64,000 nt of DNA from Clostridia bacterium. GTDB lineage: Bacteria > Bacillota > Clostridia > Christensenellales > CAG-917. A program made the translations under genes and the position numbers. Shown here one piece after another: positions 56,411-64,000 of this stretch (positions are counted from its first letter, which is position 1; each line of letters begins with the position of its first letter). The stretch covers positions 1,613 through 65,612 of the forward strand of contig JAQUST010000004.1 in NCBI GenBank assembly GCA_028710495.1. The letters are read 5' to 3'. The notes under the pieces are model-generated. The model saw only the letters and a list, made by a program, of their open reading frames with translations. It was not told where the DNA came from and ran no database searches.

Positions 56411-57528
56411 TGGAAAATAAACAAAATGAAATAAACGAGTTGCAAACTGAAGCGCCAAAACAATGTTTGCTCTCTATGTCAACTGAAGAAATCGCCGAAG
56501 TATTGGGCGATGTTCCGTCATATCTGGCGGGACAGGTTTTTCAGTTTTTGCACAATGGAAAATTATTTGATGAAATGACGTCAATTTCGAAACAATTGAG
56601 AGAAAAGTTGAACGAAAAATATATTGCTCAGCCACTTAGTGTCGAAAAAGTTTTTGAAGGCAAAGGCGGAGCAAAGAAATATTTGTTCAGATTGATTGAC
56701 AATGAACTTATCGAGGGCGTCTATATGCTTCACGATTATGGCAACACACTGTGCGTTTCTACTCAGGTCGGATGCCGTATGGGATGTGTGTTTTGTGCTT
56801 CAGGTATGAATGGTCTTAAACGCAATCTAACGGCAGGTGAGATACTAGGTCAGGTCATTGCGGTGAACACGCTTGAGGGCGGAAATATCAAAGATAGAAA
56901 GGTCACAAACGTTGTTTTGATGGGAAGTGGTGAACCGCTAGACAATTTCGACAACACGATGAAGTTTTTGACGCTTGCAAACCAAAAAGGTGGGATTTGC
57001 ATAAGCGAGCGCAATATTTCGCTTTCAACTTCAGGACTGTGTGACAAAATAATACTTTTGGCTGACAGCGGACATACGCCTACTTTGACAATATCACTTC
57101 ACGCGCCAAATGATGAAATCCGTGATACAATGATGCCTGTGAACAAAAAGTATTCTATTCATAAAGTTGTTGATTCTGCAAGATATTACTTCAAAAAAAC
57201 AGGGCGCAGAGTAATTTTTGAGTATACGCTTATTTCTGGGAGCAATGACACAATGGAATGCGCGGATGAACTATCAAAACTTGTGAGAGGTTTTCCTTGC
57301 CATGTCAATCTCATTAGGCTAAATCAAGTCAAAGAACTAGGTCTTAAAGGTACTAGTTCTGAAAATTCAAAAGCATTTTTAGAACGGCTTGAACAGAACA
57401 ACACTTCAGCTACAATACGAAAAAGCTTGGGCAATGATATAGAAGGCGCTTGTGGTCAGTTACGCAGAAGATATTTGAATGAAGATATTGAAAAAATAGC
57501 AAAAGAAGGCATAATAAAATCAATTTAG
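56410..57528 (+). CDS. rlmN: 23S rRNA/tRNA (adenine-C2)-methyltransferase RlmN (radical SAM)
   Basis: CVSTQVGCRMGCVFCASG (CxxxCxxC), and GEPL and ISLH motifs. The ATG overlaps the rsmB stop (TAATG). The track start at 56371 is rejected. Confidence 0.92.
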   Translation: MENKQNEINELQTEAPKQCLLSMSTEEIAEVLGDVPSYLAGQVFQFLHNGKLFDEMTSISKQLREKLNEKYIAQPLSVEKVFEGKGGAKKYLFRLIDNELIEGVYMLHDYGNTLCVSTQVGCRMGCVFCASGMNGLKRNLTAGEILGQVIAVNTLEGGNIKDRKVTNVVLMGSGEPLDNFDNTMKFLTLANQKGGICISERNISLSTSGLCDKIILLADSGHTPTLTISLHAPNDEIRDTMMPVNKKYSIHKVVDSARYYFKKTGRRVIFEYTLISGSNDTMECADELSKLVRGFPCHVNLIRLNQVKELGLKGTSSENSKAFLERLEQNNTSATIRKSLGNDIEGACGQLRRRYLNEDIEKIAKEGIIKSI

Positions 57529-57735
57529 CTTATTTCAAATTATTTAAGGATTTTGCTATATTTATATAATATAAAACAATGAAACTAAATCAACAAACTA
57601 AACAACAAACGATGTTGATTAAAATGTGGCAATAACAAATAATATCGAAAATTTTGGTTTATTTGAACTAAATTAACGCTGTGAAACAGTACTAAGCGAA
57701 AAAAACATATAGAAAGAAAGGGAAAATTCAACATA

Positions 57736-58596
57736 ATGGCGAAAGATATTTTGAATGGTAGAGTCATCAAAGGCGTCACATCACGCTACTTCCTTGACAC
57801 AAAAAATGGTGTTAAGGTTGCTTCTGCCCGCAAAAAACTTAAAATCTTTGGCGATATTTTAATTGGCGATTTAGTTGAATTTATAGAGGAACGCGGTACG
57901 TTTGTTATTGAAAAAGTGTTGCCTAGACGAAACACTCTCATAAGACCTTATGTGGCGAATGTTGACACATGCCTTATTGTGATTGCGCCTGTTCCTGAAC
58001 CCGATTTTTTACTCGTTGACAAAGTGCTTATCAACTGCTTGGTAGAGGGCATTGAACCTATTTTGGTGGCAAACAAAATAGATTTAGGCTCACTCAAAGA
58101 ATTGAAAGAATACAATGGTATTTTAGATATTTTTGCTTGTTCTGCAACAGATGGCGAGGGTATTGATGCGCTTGTTGGTGCACTTGACGGCAAAACCGTT
58201 TGCTTTGCCGGTCAATCGGCAGTTGGCAAAAGCTCGATTATAAATGCAATACTCAAAACTGACAGGCTTCAAACTGACGGACTTACAAAGAAAATTCAAA
58301 GAGGCAAACATACTACCCGACAAACCGAACTATTGCGTGTTGGAAGCGCGTACTTGATTGATACTTGTGGATTTAGCCTGCTTGATACTATTGACTTAAA
58401 ACCTGAAGAATTGCGTTTGTATTTTGATGAATTCGAGCTGCTTCAACCGCTATGCCAATTTAAGGCGTGTTGCCATATCAATGAGCCAAATTGCGCTGTC
58501 AAATCTGAAATTGGTATGTCTGTGTCAGAAGGAAGATACAATCGTTACAAAACGATATATAATGAGCTTGTTGAAAGAAAGAATAACAAATTTTAG
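57736..58596 (+). CDS. rsgA: Ribosome small-subunit-dependent GTPase RsgA (CpgA/YloQ)
   Basis: NKIDL ... GQSAVGKSS (permuted GTPase), and a Zn knuckle CQFKACCHINEPNCAV. Confidence 0.9.
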   Translation: MAKDILNGRVIKGVTSRYFLDTKNGVKVASARKKLKIFGDILIGDLVEFIEERGTFVIEKVLPRRNTLIRPYVANVDTCLIVIAPVPEPDFLLVDKVLINCLVEGIEPILVANKIDLGSLKELKEYNGILDIFACSATDGEGIDALVGALDGKTVCFAGQSAVGKSSIINAILKTDRLQTDGLTKKIQRGKHTTRQTELLRVGSAYLIDTCGFSLLDTIDLKPEELRLYFDEFELLQPLCQFKACCHINEPNCAVKSEIGMSVSEGRYNRYKTIYNELVERKNNKF

Positions 58597-58798
58597 AATA
58601 GCAAAATCATTTTATAATAAAGACAAAATAATAACATATTTTTTTAGCCTATAAACACATAGATATAAAATCATTTTATTGTAAAGTAATAATATGATTT
58701 TGAGAATTAGTTTGAATAATATATATTTATTTTAGTTTAGATATGGATAGTTAAAAAAAATTGATATATACGCAGAGAAAAACAGAGGAGTAATCATT

Positions 58799-59455
58799 AT
58801 GTCAAAAGTTTTAGTTGCACCATCAATACTTTCTGCCGACTTTTGCAAGATGGCGGAGGCGGTAAAAAATATAAAAGAGTGGGGTGGAGACCTTATTCAT
58901 TGTGACATTATGGACGGTGTTTTTGTGCCGAATTTTACCTTTGGTATGCCTATGGTCAAAGCTTTGGCAAAATATAGCGAGCTTCCAATAGACGCACATC
59001 TTATGATTATTGAACCAGAACGATATGTCGAGAAATTTTGCGATGCAGGTGCGGACATAGTCACATTTCATCCAGATGCATCAAAAAATGTCAGCAAAGC
59101 ACTTGAATTGATAAAGGCAAAAGGAAAAAAATGCGGACTCGCACTAAATCCTGATAAACCACTTTCAATGATTGAACCGTATTTAGATCAGATTGATGTT
59201 GTGCTGATTATGAGCGTTTATGCCGGCTTTGGCGGACAAAGATTTATAGATGAAAGTCTCCTTAAAATTGGTGATGCCAAAAGTATGATAGAAAACTGTG
59301 GTCGCAAAATTTTGATAGAAGTTGATGGGGGCGTGACAACTGAAAACGCATATCATATCATTCACTCAGGTGCGGATATACTTGTCGCTGGCAACAGCAT
59401 TTTTTCTGCAGAAAATCCTAAATTAGCTATAACAAAAATTAAATCATCACACTAG
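58799..59455 (+). CDS. rpe: Ribulose-phosphate 3-epimerase
   Basis: APSILSADF, HCDIMDG and MSV.AGFGGQ.F motifs. Confidence 0.94.
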   Translation: MSKVLVAPSILSADFCKMAEAVKNIKEWGGDLIHCDIMDGVFVPNFTFGMPMVKALAKYSELPIDAHLMIIEPERYVEKFCDAGADIVTFHPDASKNVSKALELIKAKGKKCGLALNPDKPLSMIEPYLDQIDVVLIMSVYAGFGGQRFIDESLLKIGDAKSMIENCGRKILIEVDGGVTTENAYHIIHSGADILVAGNSIFSAENPKLAITKIKSSH

Positions 59456-59533
59456 AAATAGTTTTTGTAAACAAGAAATTATTGCTAAAACAAAAAAATA
59501 ATCAAATAAGTGCCGCATAGACACTTGTTTTTT

Positions 59534-59563
59534 TTGACACATTTATGATGTGCTGCATATAAT
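59534..59563 (+). promoter_or_regulatory. Promoter upstream of the spoVM-like ORF
   Basis: TTGACA (59534-59539), 18 nt, TATAAT (59558-59563). The overlapping CATATAAT (59556-59563) also resembles a sigma-E-type -10 (CATACAnT). Confidence 0.5.
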
Positions 59564-59589
59564 GCCACGAAAACATTTAGGAGCAAGCT

Positions 59590-59667
59590 ATGAAAATAAT
59601 ATGTATCAGATCCCCCAGATTTTTAAGACCGTTTCTTAGATTATTTAATAGGCGCAAACGGAAGTAA
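59590..59667 (+). CDS. spoVM: SpoVM-like 25-aa sporulation peptide (not in the ORF track)
   Basis: MKIICIRSPRFLRPFLRLFNRRKRK. AGGAG (59579-59583) lies 6 nt upstream. It shares M1, K2, I6, P9, F11 and L12 with B. subtilis SpoVM (MKFYTIKLPKFLGG...). It occupies the rpe / rpmB interval where B. subtilis spoVM lies. Confidence 0.65.
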   Translation: MKIICIRSPRFLRPFLRLFNRRKRK

Positions 59668-59795
59668 CTTTTGTTTTATTAAAAACAAAATCTTATTCTA
59701 TTTCTATAATACAACTTGACAGGATAATGTAAATTTTGATTTATTAAAAACAAAATAGATTATTTTATTATTTTGATAAAATACATATTTATAAA

Positions 59796-59821
59796 CAAAA
59801 AAAGCCCACCAAAAGGTGGGC
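59796..59821 (-). terminator. Intrinsic terminator after rpmB
   Basis: GCCCACC (59804-59810) pairs with GGTGGGC (59815-59821). The plus-strand A8 gives a T8 run on the minus strand. Confidence 0.8.
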
Positions 59822-59857
59822 GCATTTTCAATTTAGATAAACTATGACTAAACAGCA

Positions 59858-60049
59858 CTAGGCACGATCGACTTTGCCTGAGCGCATGCATCTCGTGCAC
59901 ACATACTGATCTTCAACTCCACCAGTTTTGGTGTTTACCTTGATTTTTTGGACATTTGGAGCCCAACTGCGTCTTGTTTTGCGGTGGCTGTGGCTGACCA
60001 AGTTTCCACTCATTCTTCCTTTCCCACAAATTGAACAAACTTTCGACAT
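59858..60049 (-). CDS. rpmB: 50S ribosomal protein L28
   Basis: MSKVCSICGKGRMSGNLVSHSHRKTRRSWAPNVQ. Confidence 0.95.
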   Translation of the reverse strand: MSKVCSICGKGRMSGNLVSHSHRKTRRSWAPNVQKIKVNTKTGGVEDQYVCTRCMRSGKVDRA

Positions 60050-60158
60050 ATATATATCCTCCTGACTTGCTTCTATTGATTTGTTTCACTCAAACGAATG
60101 AATTTTATCACTTAATGATTATTTTTGCAACTGTATTTGCTTAAAATTATGTAAATAG

Positions 60159-60187
60159 TTGCAAAATATGTTGTAATCGTGTAGAAT
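60159..60187 (+). promoter_or_regulatory. Sigma-A-type promoter for asp23-yloV-recG
   Basis: TTGCAA (60159-60164), 17 nt, TAGAAT (60182-60187). Confidence 0.55.
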
Positions 60188-60206
60188 TGTGTGGAAAAGG
60201 TAAACT

Positions 60207-60557
60207 ATGTCACTTAGAACTTCAAATAAATACGGAAAAATCTCGATATCTGATGAGGCAGTTGCAATGGTTTGTAGTTATGCAGCTTCTGAATGTTATG
60301 GTGTTGTAGAGTTGGTGTCTCGTCGCTTGACGGACAACTTGAGTGCGCTTCTAAACAAGAGCACTTATGGCAAGGGCATCAAGATCGCAACTATTGATAA
60401 CAAAATCTTTATCGAGGTTTTTGTCATATTAAAACTTGGAGTAAATGTCGAAGCTGTAAAAGATAGTCTCGCCAACACTGTCACTTATGCTTGTGAAACT
60501 TTCACAGGTATGCGTGTCAAACGCGTCAATATCAATGTGGTCGGCATAAGGGTATAG
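60207..60557 (+). CDS. Asp23/Gls24 family envelope stress protein (YloU)
   Basis: 116 aa. GKISISDEAVAMVCSYAASECYGVV pattern. Position upstream of yloV. Confidence 0.85.
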   Translation: MSLRTSNKYGKISISDEAVAMVCSYAASECYGVVELVSRRLTDNLSALLNKSTYGKGIKIATIDNKIFIEVFVILKLGVNVEAVKDSLANTVTYACETFTGMRVKRVNINVVGIRV

Positions 60558-60586
60558 CCTAAAATGAATTCTACGAGGAAGTCGTG

Positions 60587-62233
60587 ATGATAGAAATAAC
60601 TAGTGATAAATTTAAACTGATGATTGCAGGTGGTGTCAAATACCTCGATTTATATCGTCAGCAAATAGATGAGTTGAATGTTTTTCCAGTTCCTGATGGT
60701 GATACCGGCACAAATATGTCGCTTACCATAAATTCTGCTTTGCGTGAAGTTAATTCCACTGAAACAGATTCTCTCAGTGAACTCACTGCGGCATTTTCAA
60801 AAGGTGCGTTGAAAGGAGCACGAGGTAATTCAGGTGTTATTCTTTCACAAATCTTGAAAGGTTTTGCGGTTGTATGTGCAGATAAAGAAACAATAACCTC
60901 AAAAGATTTTGCGGAAAGCTTGAAAAGTGGAACGGAAATTGCATACAGCGCTGTCACAAAACCAAAAGAAGGCACAATTTTGACAGTTGTCCGAGTTATG
61001 GCAGAAAATGCAGTCGCATTAACAAAGCGTAAACAACCTGAAATCGAAGAGTTCTTAGCAGAACTTCTTGTTGCAGGCGAGGAAATTCTCAACAAAACAC
61101 CTGAGATGCTCCCAGTGCTTGCTAAAGCAGGTGTTGTTGACGCCGGCGGAAAAGGATTGCTTTCAATAATAAACGGCTTCTACAACGCTCTGGCTGGCAT
61201 AGAGATACCAGATGTTGTTGAACCGCTTGCTGAAGTTAAGAAGTATGAACCTTCTTTGGATGAAAAAGATTCTTACGACAATGATTATGAAAATATTACC
61301 TTTGCATATTGCACTGAATATTTTATAACAAATCTTAACAACAAAACAACTGAGGCAGACATAGACAAACACCGTGATACTTTGCTTGAAATTGGCGATT
61401 GCGTTCTTGTCATTGGAGATTTAAACCTTGTAAAAGTTCACGTTCACACAAACAATCCCGATGCGGCATTGAAATCCGCTTTAAAACTTGGCGAAATTGA
61501 CAGCATAAAAATTGAAAATATGCTTCAGCAAAACCGAAAAATCCACGAAAATAAACAAGAAGCCGTAAAAGAGAAAAAAGAATTTGCTATGGTTTCTATT
61601 TGCGCAGGAAAAGGAATAGCAAATATTTTCCGTGATTTGCAGGTTGATTTTGTTGTTGAAGGCGGGCAAACGATGAACCCAAGTGTTTATGACATTTTGA
61701 ATGCTATAAACAAAGTAGATGCAAAAAATGTTTTTGTATTGCCGAACAATTCAAATATAATCTTGGCAGCAGAACAAGCAAAAGAGCTTGCTGATGTCAA
61801 TGTTTTCGTAATTCCAACAAAGTATGTTCCTGAAGGCGTAGCTGCTGCACTTGCTTTTAATGAAGATTCAACAGCAGAAGAAATTGCCGAGAATATGATA
61901 CAAGCTGCAAAAGCTGTGAAGTGTGCTGAAATAACTCACGCTGTGAGAAACACTAAAATGAATGGTTTTTCAGTCAAAGTTGGTGATATTATTGGAATAA
62001 CTGACAAACAAATCGTGTCAACAGGCGATGATGTCGCAGATGTTTTGATAGGAACTATAGGCTCAATGATAGATGCCGAAATGGAAATGCTGACACTTTA
62101 CTATGGTGCAGATATGAGCGATGAGAGCGTTGAAAACGCAATAAAACTTGTGGCTGAAAAGTTTCCTGATTTGGAAGTAGCAGCATATTCAGGCGGACAA
62201 CCACATTACTTCTTCTTGTTTTCACTTGAATAA
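60587..62233 (+). CDS. DAK2 domain-containing protein (YloV family)
   Basis: LNVFPVPDGDTGTNM and ARGNSGVILSQ (Dak phosphatase domain), with a DegV-like C-terminal half. GAGGA lies 7 nt before the ATG at 60587. Confidence 0.88.
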   Translation: MIEITSDKFKLMIAGGVKYLDLYRQQIDELNVFPVPDGDTGTNMSLTINSALREVNSTETDSLSELTAAFSKGALKGARGNSGVILSQILKGFAVVCADKETITSKDFAESLKSGTEIAYSAVTKPKEGTILTVVRVMAENAVALTKRKQPEIEEFLAELLVAGEEILNKTPEMLPVLAKAGVVDAGGKGLLSIINGFYNALAGIEIPDVVEPLAEVKKYEPSLDEKDSYDNDYENITFAYCTEYFITNLNNKTTEADIDKHRDTLLEIGDCVLVIGDLNLVKVHVHTNNPDAALKSALKLGEIDSIKIENMLQQNRKIHENKQEAVKEKKEFAMVSICAGKGIANIFRDLQVDFVVEGGQTMNPSVYDILNAINKVDAKNVFVLPNNSNIILAAEQAKELADVNVFVIPTKYVPEGVAAALAFNEDSTAEEIAENMIQAAKAVKCAEITHAVRNTKMNGFSVKVGDIIGITDKQIVSTGDDVADVLIGTIGSMIDAEMEMLTLYYGADMSDESVENAIKLVAEKFPDLEVAAYSGGQPHYFFLFSLE

Positions 62234-64000
62234 TCTTGCAGATATAAAAGGAGTTGGCGCCGCAACAATAAAAAAACTTGCTGAGCTTTCAATTTATACT
62301 CCTGCAGATGTCTTGAATTTCTTTCCCAAATCATACATTGATTTGAAATTGCCCGTGACAATTTTAGAAACTGTCAACGGGCAATTTTCTGTTATTAAAG
62401 CCGAAATATTGAAAGTTTCAGATGTGAACTTCAAACATAGAGGTAGTTTCTCAATAAAAGCAAAAAGTGGAAACGCAGTTTTTAAAATTTTCTTTTTCAA
62501 TCAACCGTATCTTAAAAACAGTTTTCTTGAAGGGAGTAATTATTTATTTTTGGGAAAAGTTCAGTTTGATGGAAACTCAAGAGTGTTGTTCAATCCTATT
62601 TTTGAAAAAACTGATTATGATGAAAATTTAACGAAAAAAATGCAAGAAAATTCTAAAAGCAAATTAGAGGGGATTTTTACTGTCTATCCAACTAGCGGAA
62701 TCATTTCACAAAATGCGATAAAGAAAATCGTTTTAAGCTGTTTAGAGAATTTTGAAACTGACTCATTTTTGTCAAATAATTTTTGTAACTCTCAAAATAT
62801 TGTGTTTCTTAATTCTGCATATCGGGCAGTGCATACACCTAATGCTATCAATGAAGTTGAAAAAGCAAAAGAAAGGCTTGCGCTTGAAGACACAATAAAT
62901 AATATTATTTTCTATCAAAAATACAAAAAAAAGCTTTCAAAACCTCGAAAAGTATTATATAAAACGGTCAATAATAGAATAGTTGAGTGTAAAACCGCCC
63001 TAAACAAGGCATTTGGCTTTGATTTGACAAAATCACAAAATGAAGTAGCTTTTGAGATTTTGAGCGAACTTTCAAGTGATACGCTTATGAACCGAATTAT
63101 TGTCGGTGATGTTGGCTCGGGCAAAACTGCAGTCGCATTTTTGACAGCTTGCATAATTGCGAAAGAAAAAAAGCAAATTGCAATGCTTGCACCGACAGAC
63201 ATACTTGCTCGCCAACATTACGAAAATTTTTTGAAGTTGTCCGAGTTGACTGGCATTTCGGTTGGATTGCTCACTGCCTCGACATCAAAGGAAGAGAGAA
63301 CCCAAATAGTAAACGGACTGGAAGAAGGCGCACTCGATTTTGTCATCGGAACTCATTCGCTACTTGGCGAGAGTATAAATTTCAAAAGTCTGTCTCTTAT
63401 TATTTTTGATGAACAACAGAGATTTGGCGTGGCTCAGCGCGACGCTTTGGAAAGCAAAGCAGGCAATGCAGATATATTGGTTTTGAGCGCAACACCAATT
63501 CCAAGGACTATAGCACTTATGCTTTACCAAAATCTAAATGTTTCAACCATTATAAAGCGACAAGAAGCTACTACAAATATAAAAACGCGGATAATTTCAA
63601 ATTCAACAAAAGAAAAAATGTTTACATTTGTAGCGAATGAATGCAAGCAGGGCAAAAAAGCGTTGTTTGTCTGTCCGAAACTTTTTGATAGTGAGGGTTG
63701 CACAATATATTCTGCCGAAAGTTTGTTTAAGGAATTGAAAAAAAATTACTTTTCCGATATCGAGATAGGTATTATACACGGTAAACAGACATCGCAACAA
63801 AAATCAGCAGCTTTAGAGAACCTCAAAAGTGGAAATATTTTGGCATTGGTTTGCACTTCAGTTATTGAAGTCGGAATTGATGTCGCCGATGTTTCAAATA
63901 TTATCATTATGAATTCTGATAGATTTGGGCTTTCTCAGCTACATCAGTTGCGTGGCAGGGCAGGCAGAGACGGAAGTGAAGCATTTTGTTTTCTTCATAC
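62226..64000 (+). CDS. recG: ATP-dependent DNA helicase RecG (3' end outside window; absent from the ORF track because there is no stop)
   Basis: The frame is open from 62181 to the window end. It reads LADIKGVGAATIKKLAELSIYTPADVLNFFPKSY, Walker A GDVGSGKT, DEQQRFGV, and QLHQLRGRAGRDG at the end. The only start candidate before the conserved N-terminus is TTG 62226, which overlaps the yloV stop. No clear SD. Confidence 0.85.
   Translation, partial: MNNLADIKGVGAATIKKLAELSIYTPADVLNFFPKSYIDLKLPVTILETVNGQFSVIKAEILKVSDVNFKHRGSFSIKAKSGNAVFKIFFFNQPYLKNSFLEGSNYLFLGKVQFDGNSRVLFNPIFEKTDYDENLTKKMQENSKSKLEGIFTVYPTSGIISQNAIKKIVLSCLENFETDSFLSNNFCNSQNIVFLNSAYRAVHTPNAINEVEKAKERLALEDTINNIIFYQKYKKKLSKPRKVLYKTVNNRIVECKTALNKAFGFDLTKSQNEVAFEILSELSSDTLMNRIIVGDVGSGKTAVAFLTACIIAKEKKQIAMLAPTDILARQHYENFLKLSELTGISVGLLTASTSKEERTQIVNGLEEGALDFVIGTHSLLGESINFKSLSLIIFDEQQRFGVAQRDALESKAGNADILVLSATPIPRTIALMLYQNLNVSTIIKRQEATTNIKTRIISNSTKEKMFTFVANECKQGKKALFVCPKLFDSEGCTIYSAESLFKELKKNYFSDIEIGIIHGKQTSQQKSAALENLKSGNILALVCTSVIEVGIDVADVSNIIIMNSDRFGLSQLHQLRGRAGRDGSEAFCFLH

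Noticed and set aside
1-64000. SRP RNA, RNase P RNA, tmRNA, 6S RNA, T-boxes or other riboswitches in the long spacers.
   Set aside because: None of the conserved core motifs I can recognise by eye were seen (for example the GGAAG/AGCAG SRP domain IV, the GAGGAAAGTCC P4 sequence, or the T-box sequence). Absence cannot be proven without covariance-model searches.

Overview
This is an AT-rich, low-GC Firmicutes/Clostridia-type chromosomal core region. Sporulation markers (ylbJ, a spoVM-like mini-ORF) suggest a spore-former. Nearly all genes are on the + strand. The content is housekeeping: ileS (3' part), an rRNA/tRNA-modification set, pta-ackA, rpmF-plsX-rnc-smc-ftsY-ylxM-ffh-rpsP-KH-rimM-trmD-rbgA-rnhB-yraN-rplS, lepA-hemW, prs, rho, tRNA-Ser(GGA) and pcrA-ligA. 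It ends with a block colinear with the Bacillus subtilis ylo region: yicC-gmk-rpoZ-coaBC-priA-def-fmt-rsmB-rlmN-rsgA-rpe-spoVM-rpmB-asp23-yloV-recG (3' truncated). I see no transposase, integrase, CRISPR array, cas gene, toxin-antitoxin pair or recognisable defence system, and I cannot support a complete novel multi-gene system here. The items most worth a second look are: (1) a tandem pair of paralogous, unrecognisable membrane proteins behind a perfect sigma-A promoter; (2) a 732-aa lipobox + CBM-like + polytopic membrane protein; (3) an orphan protein with only sigma-70 region 4; (4) a Rho with an AT-hook-like, N/Q-rich insertion; (5) an unannotated 25-codon spoVM-like ORF; (6) an intrinsic terminator nested directly behind a consensus promoter upstream of ylxM-ffh; (7) a probable leaderless pcrA; (8) several short-period (13 bp, about 9-10 bp) repeat arrays and duplicated motifs in unusually long AT-rich spacers that split normally compact operons. 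All functional calls rest on motif recognition by eye and on synteny. No database search was possible.
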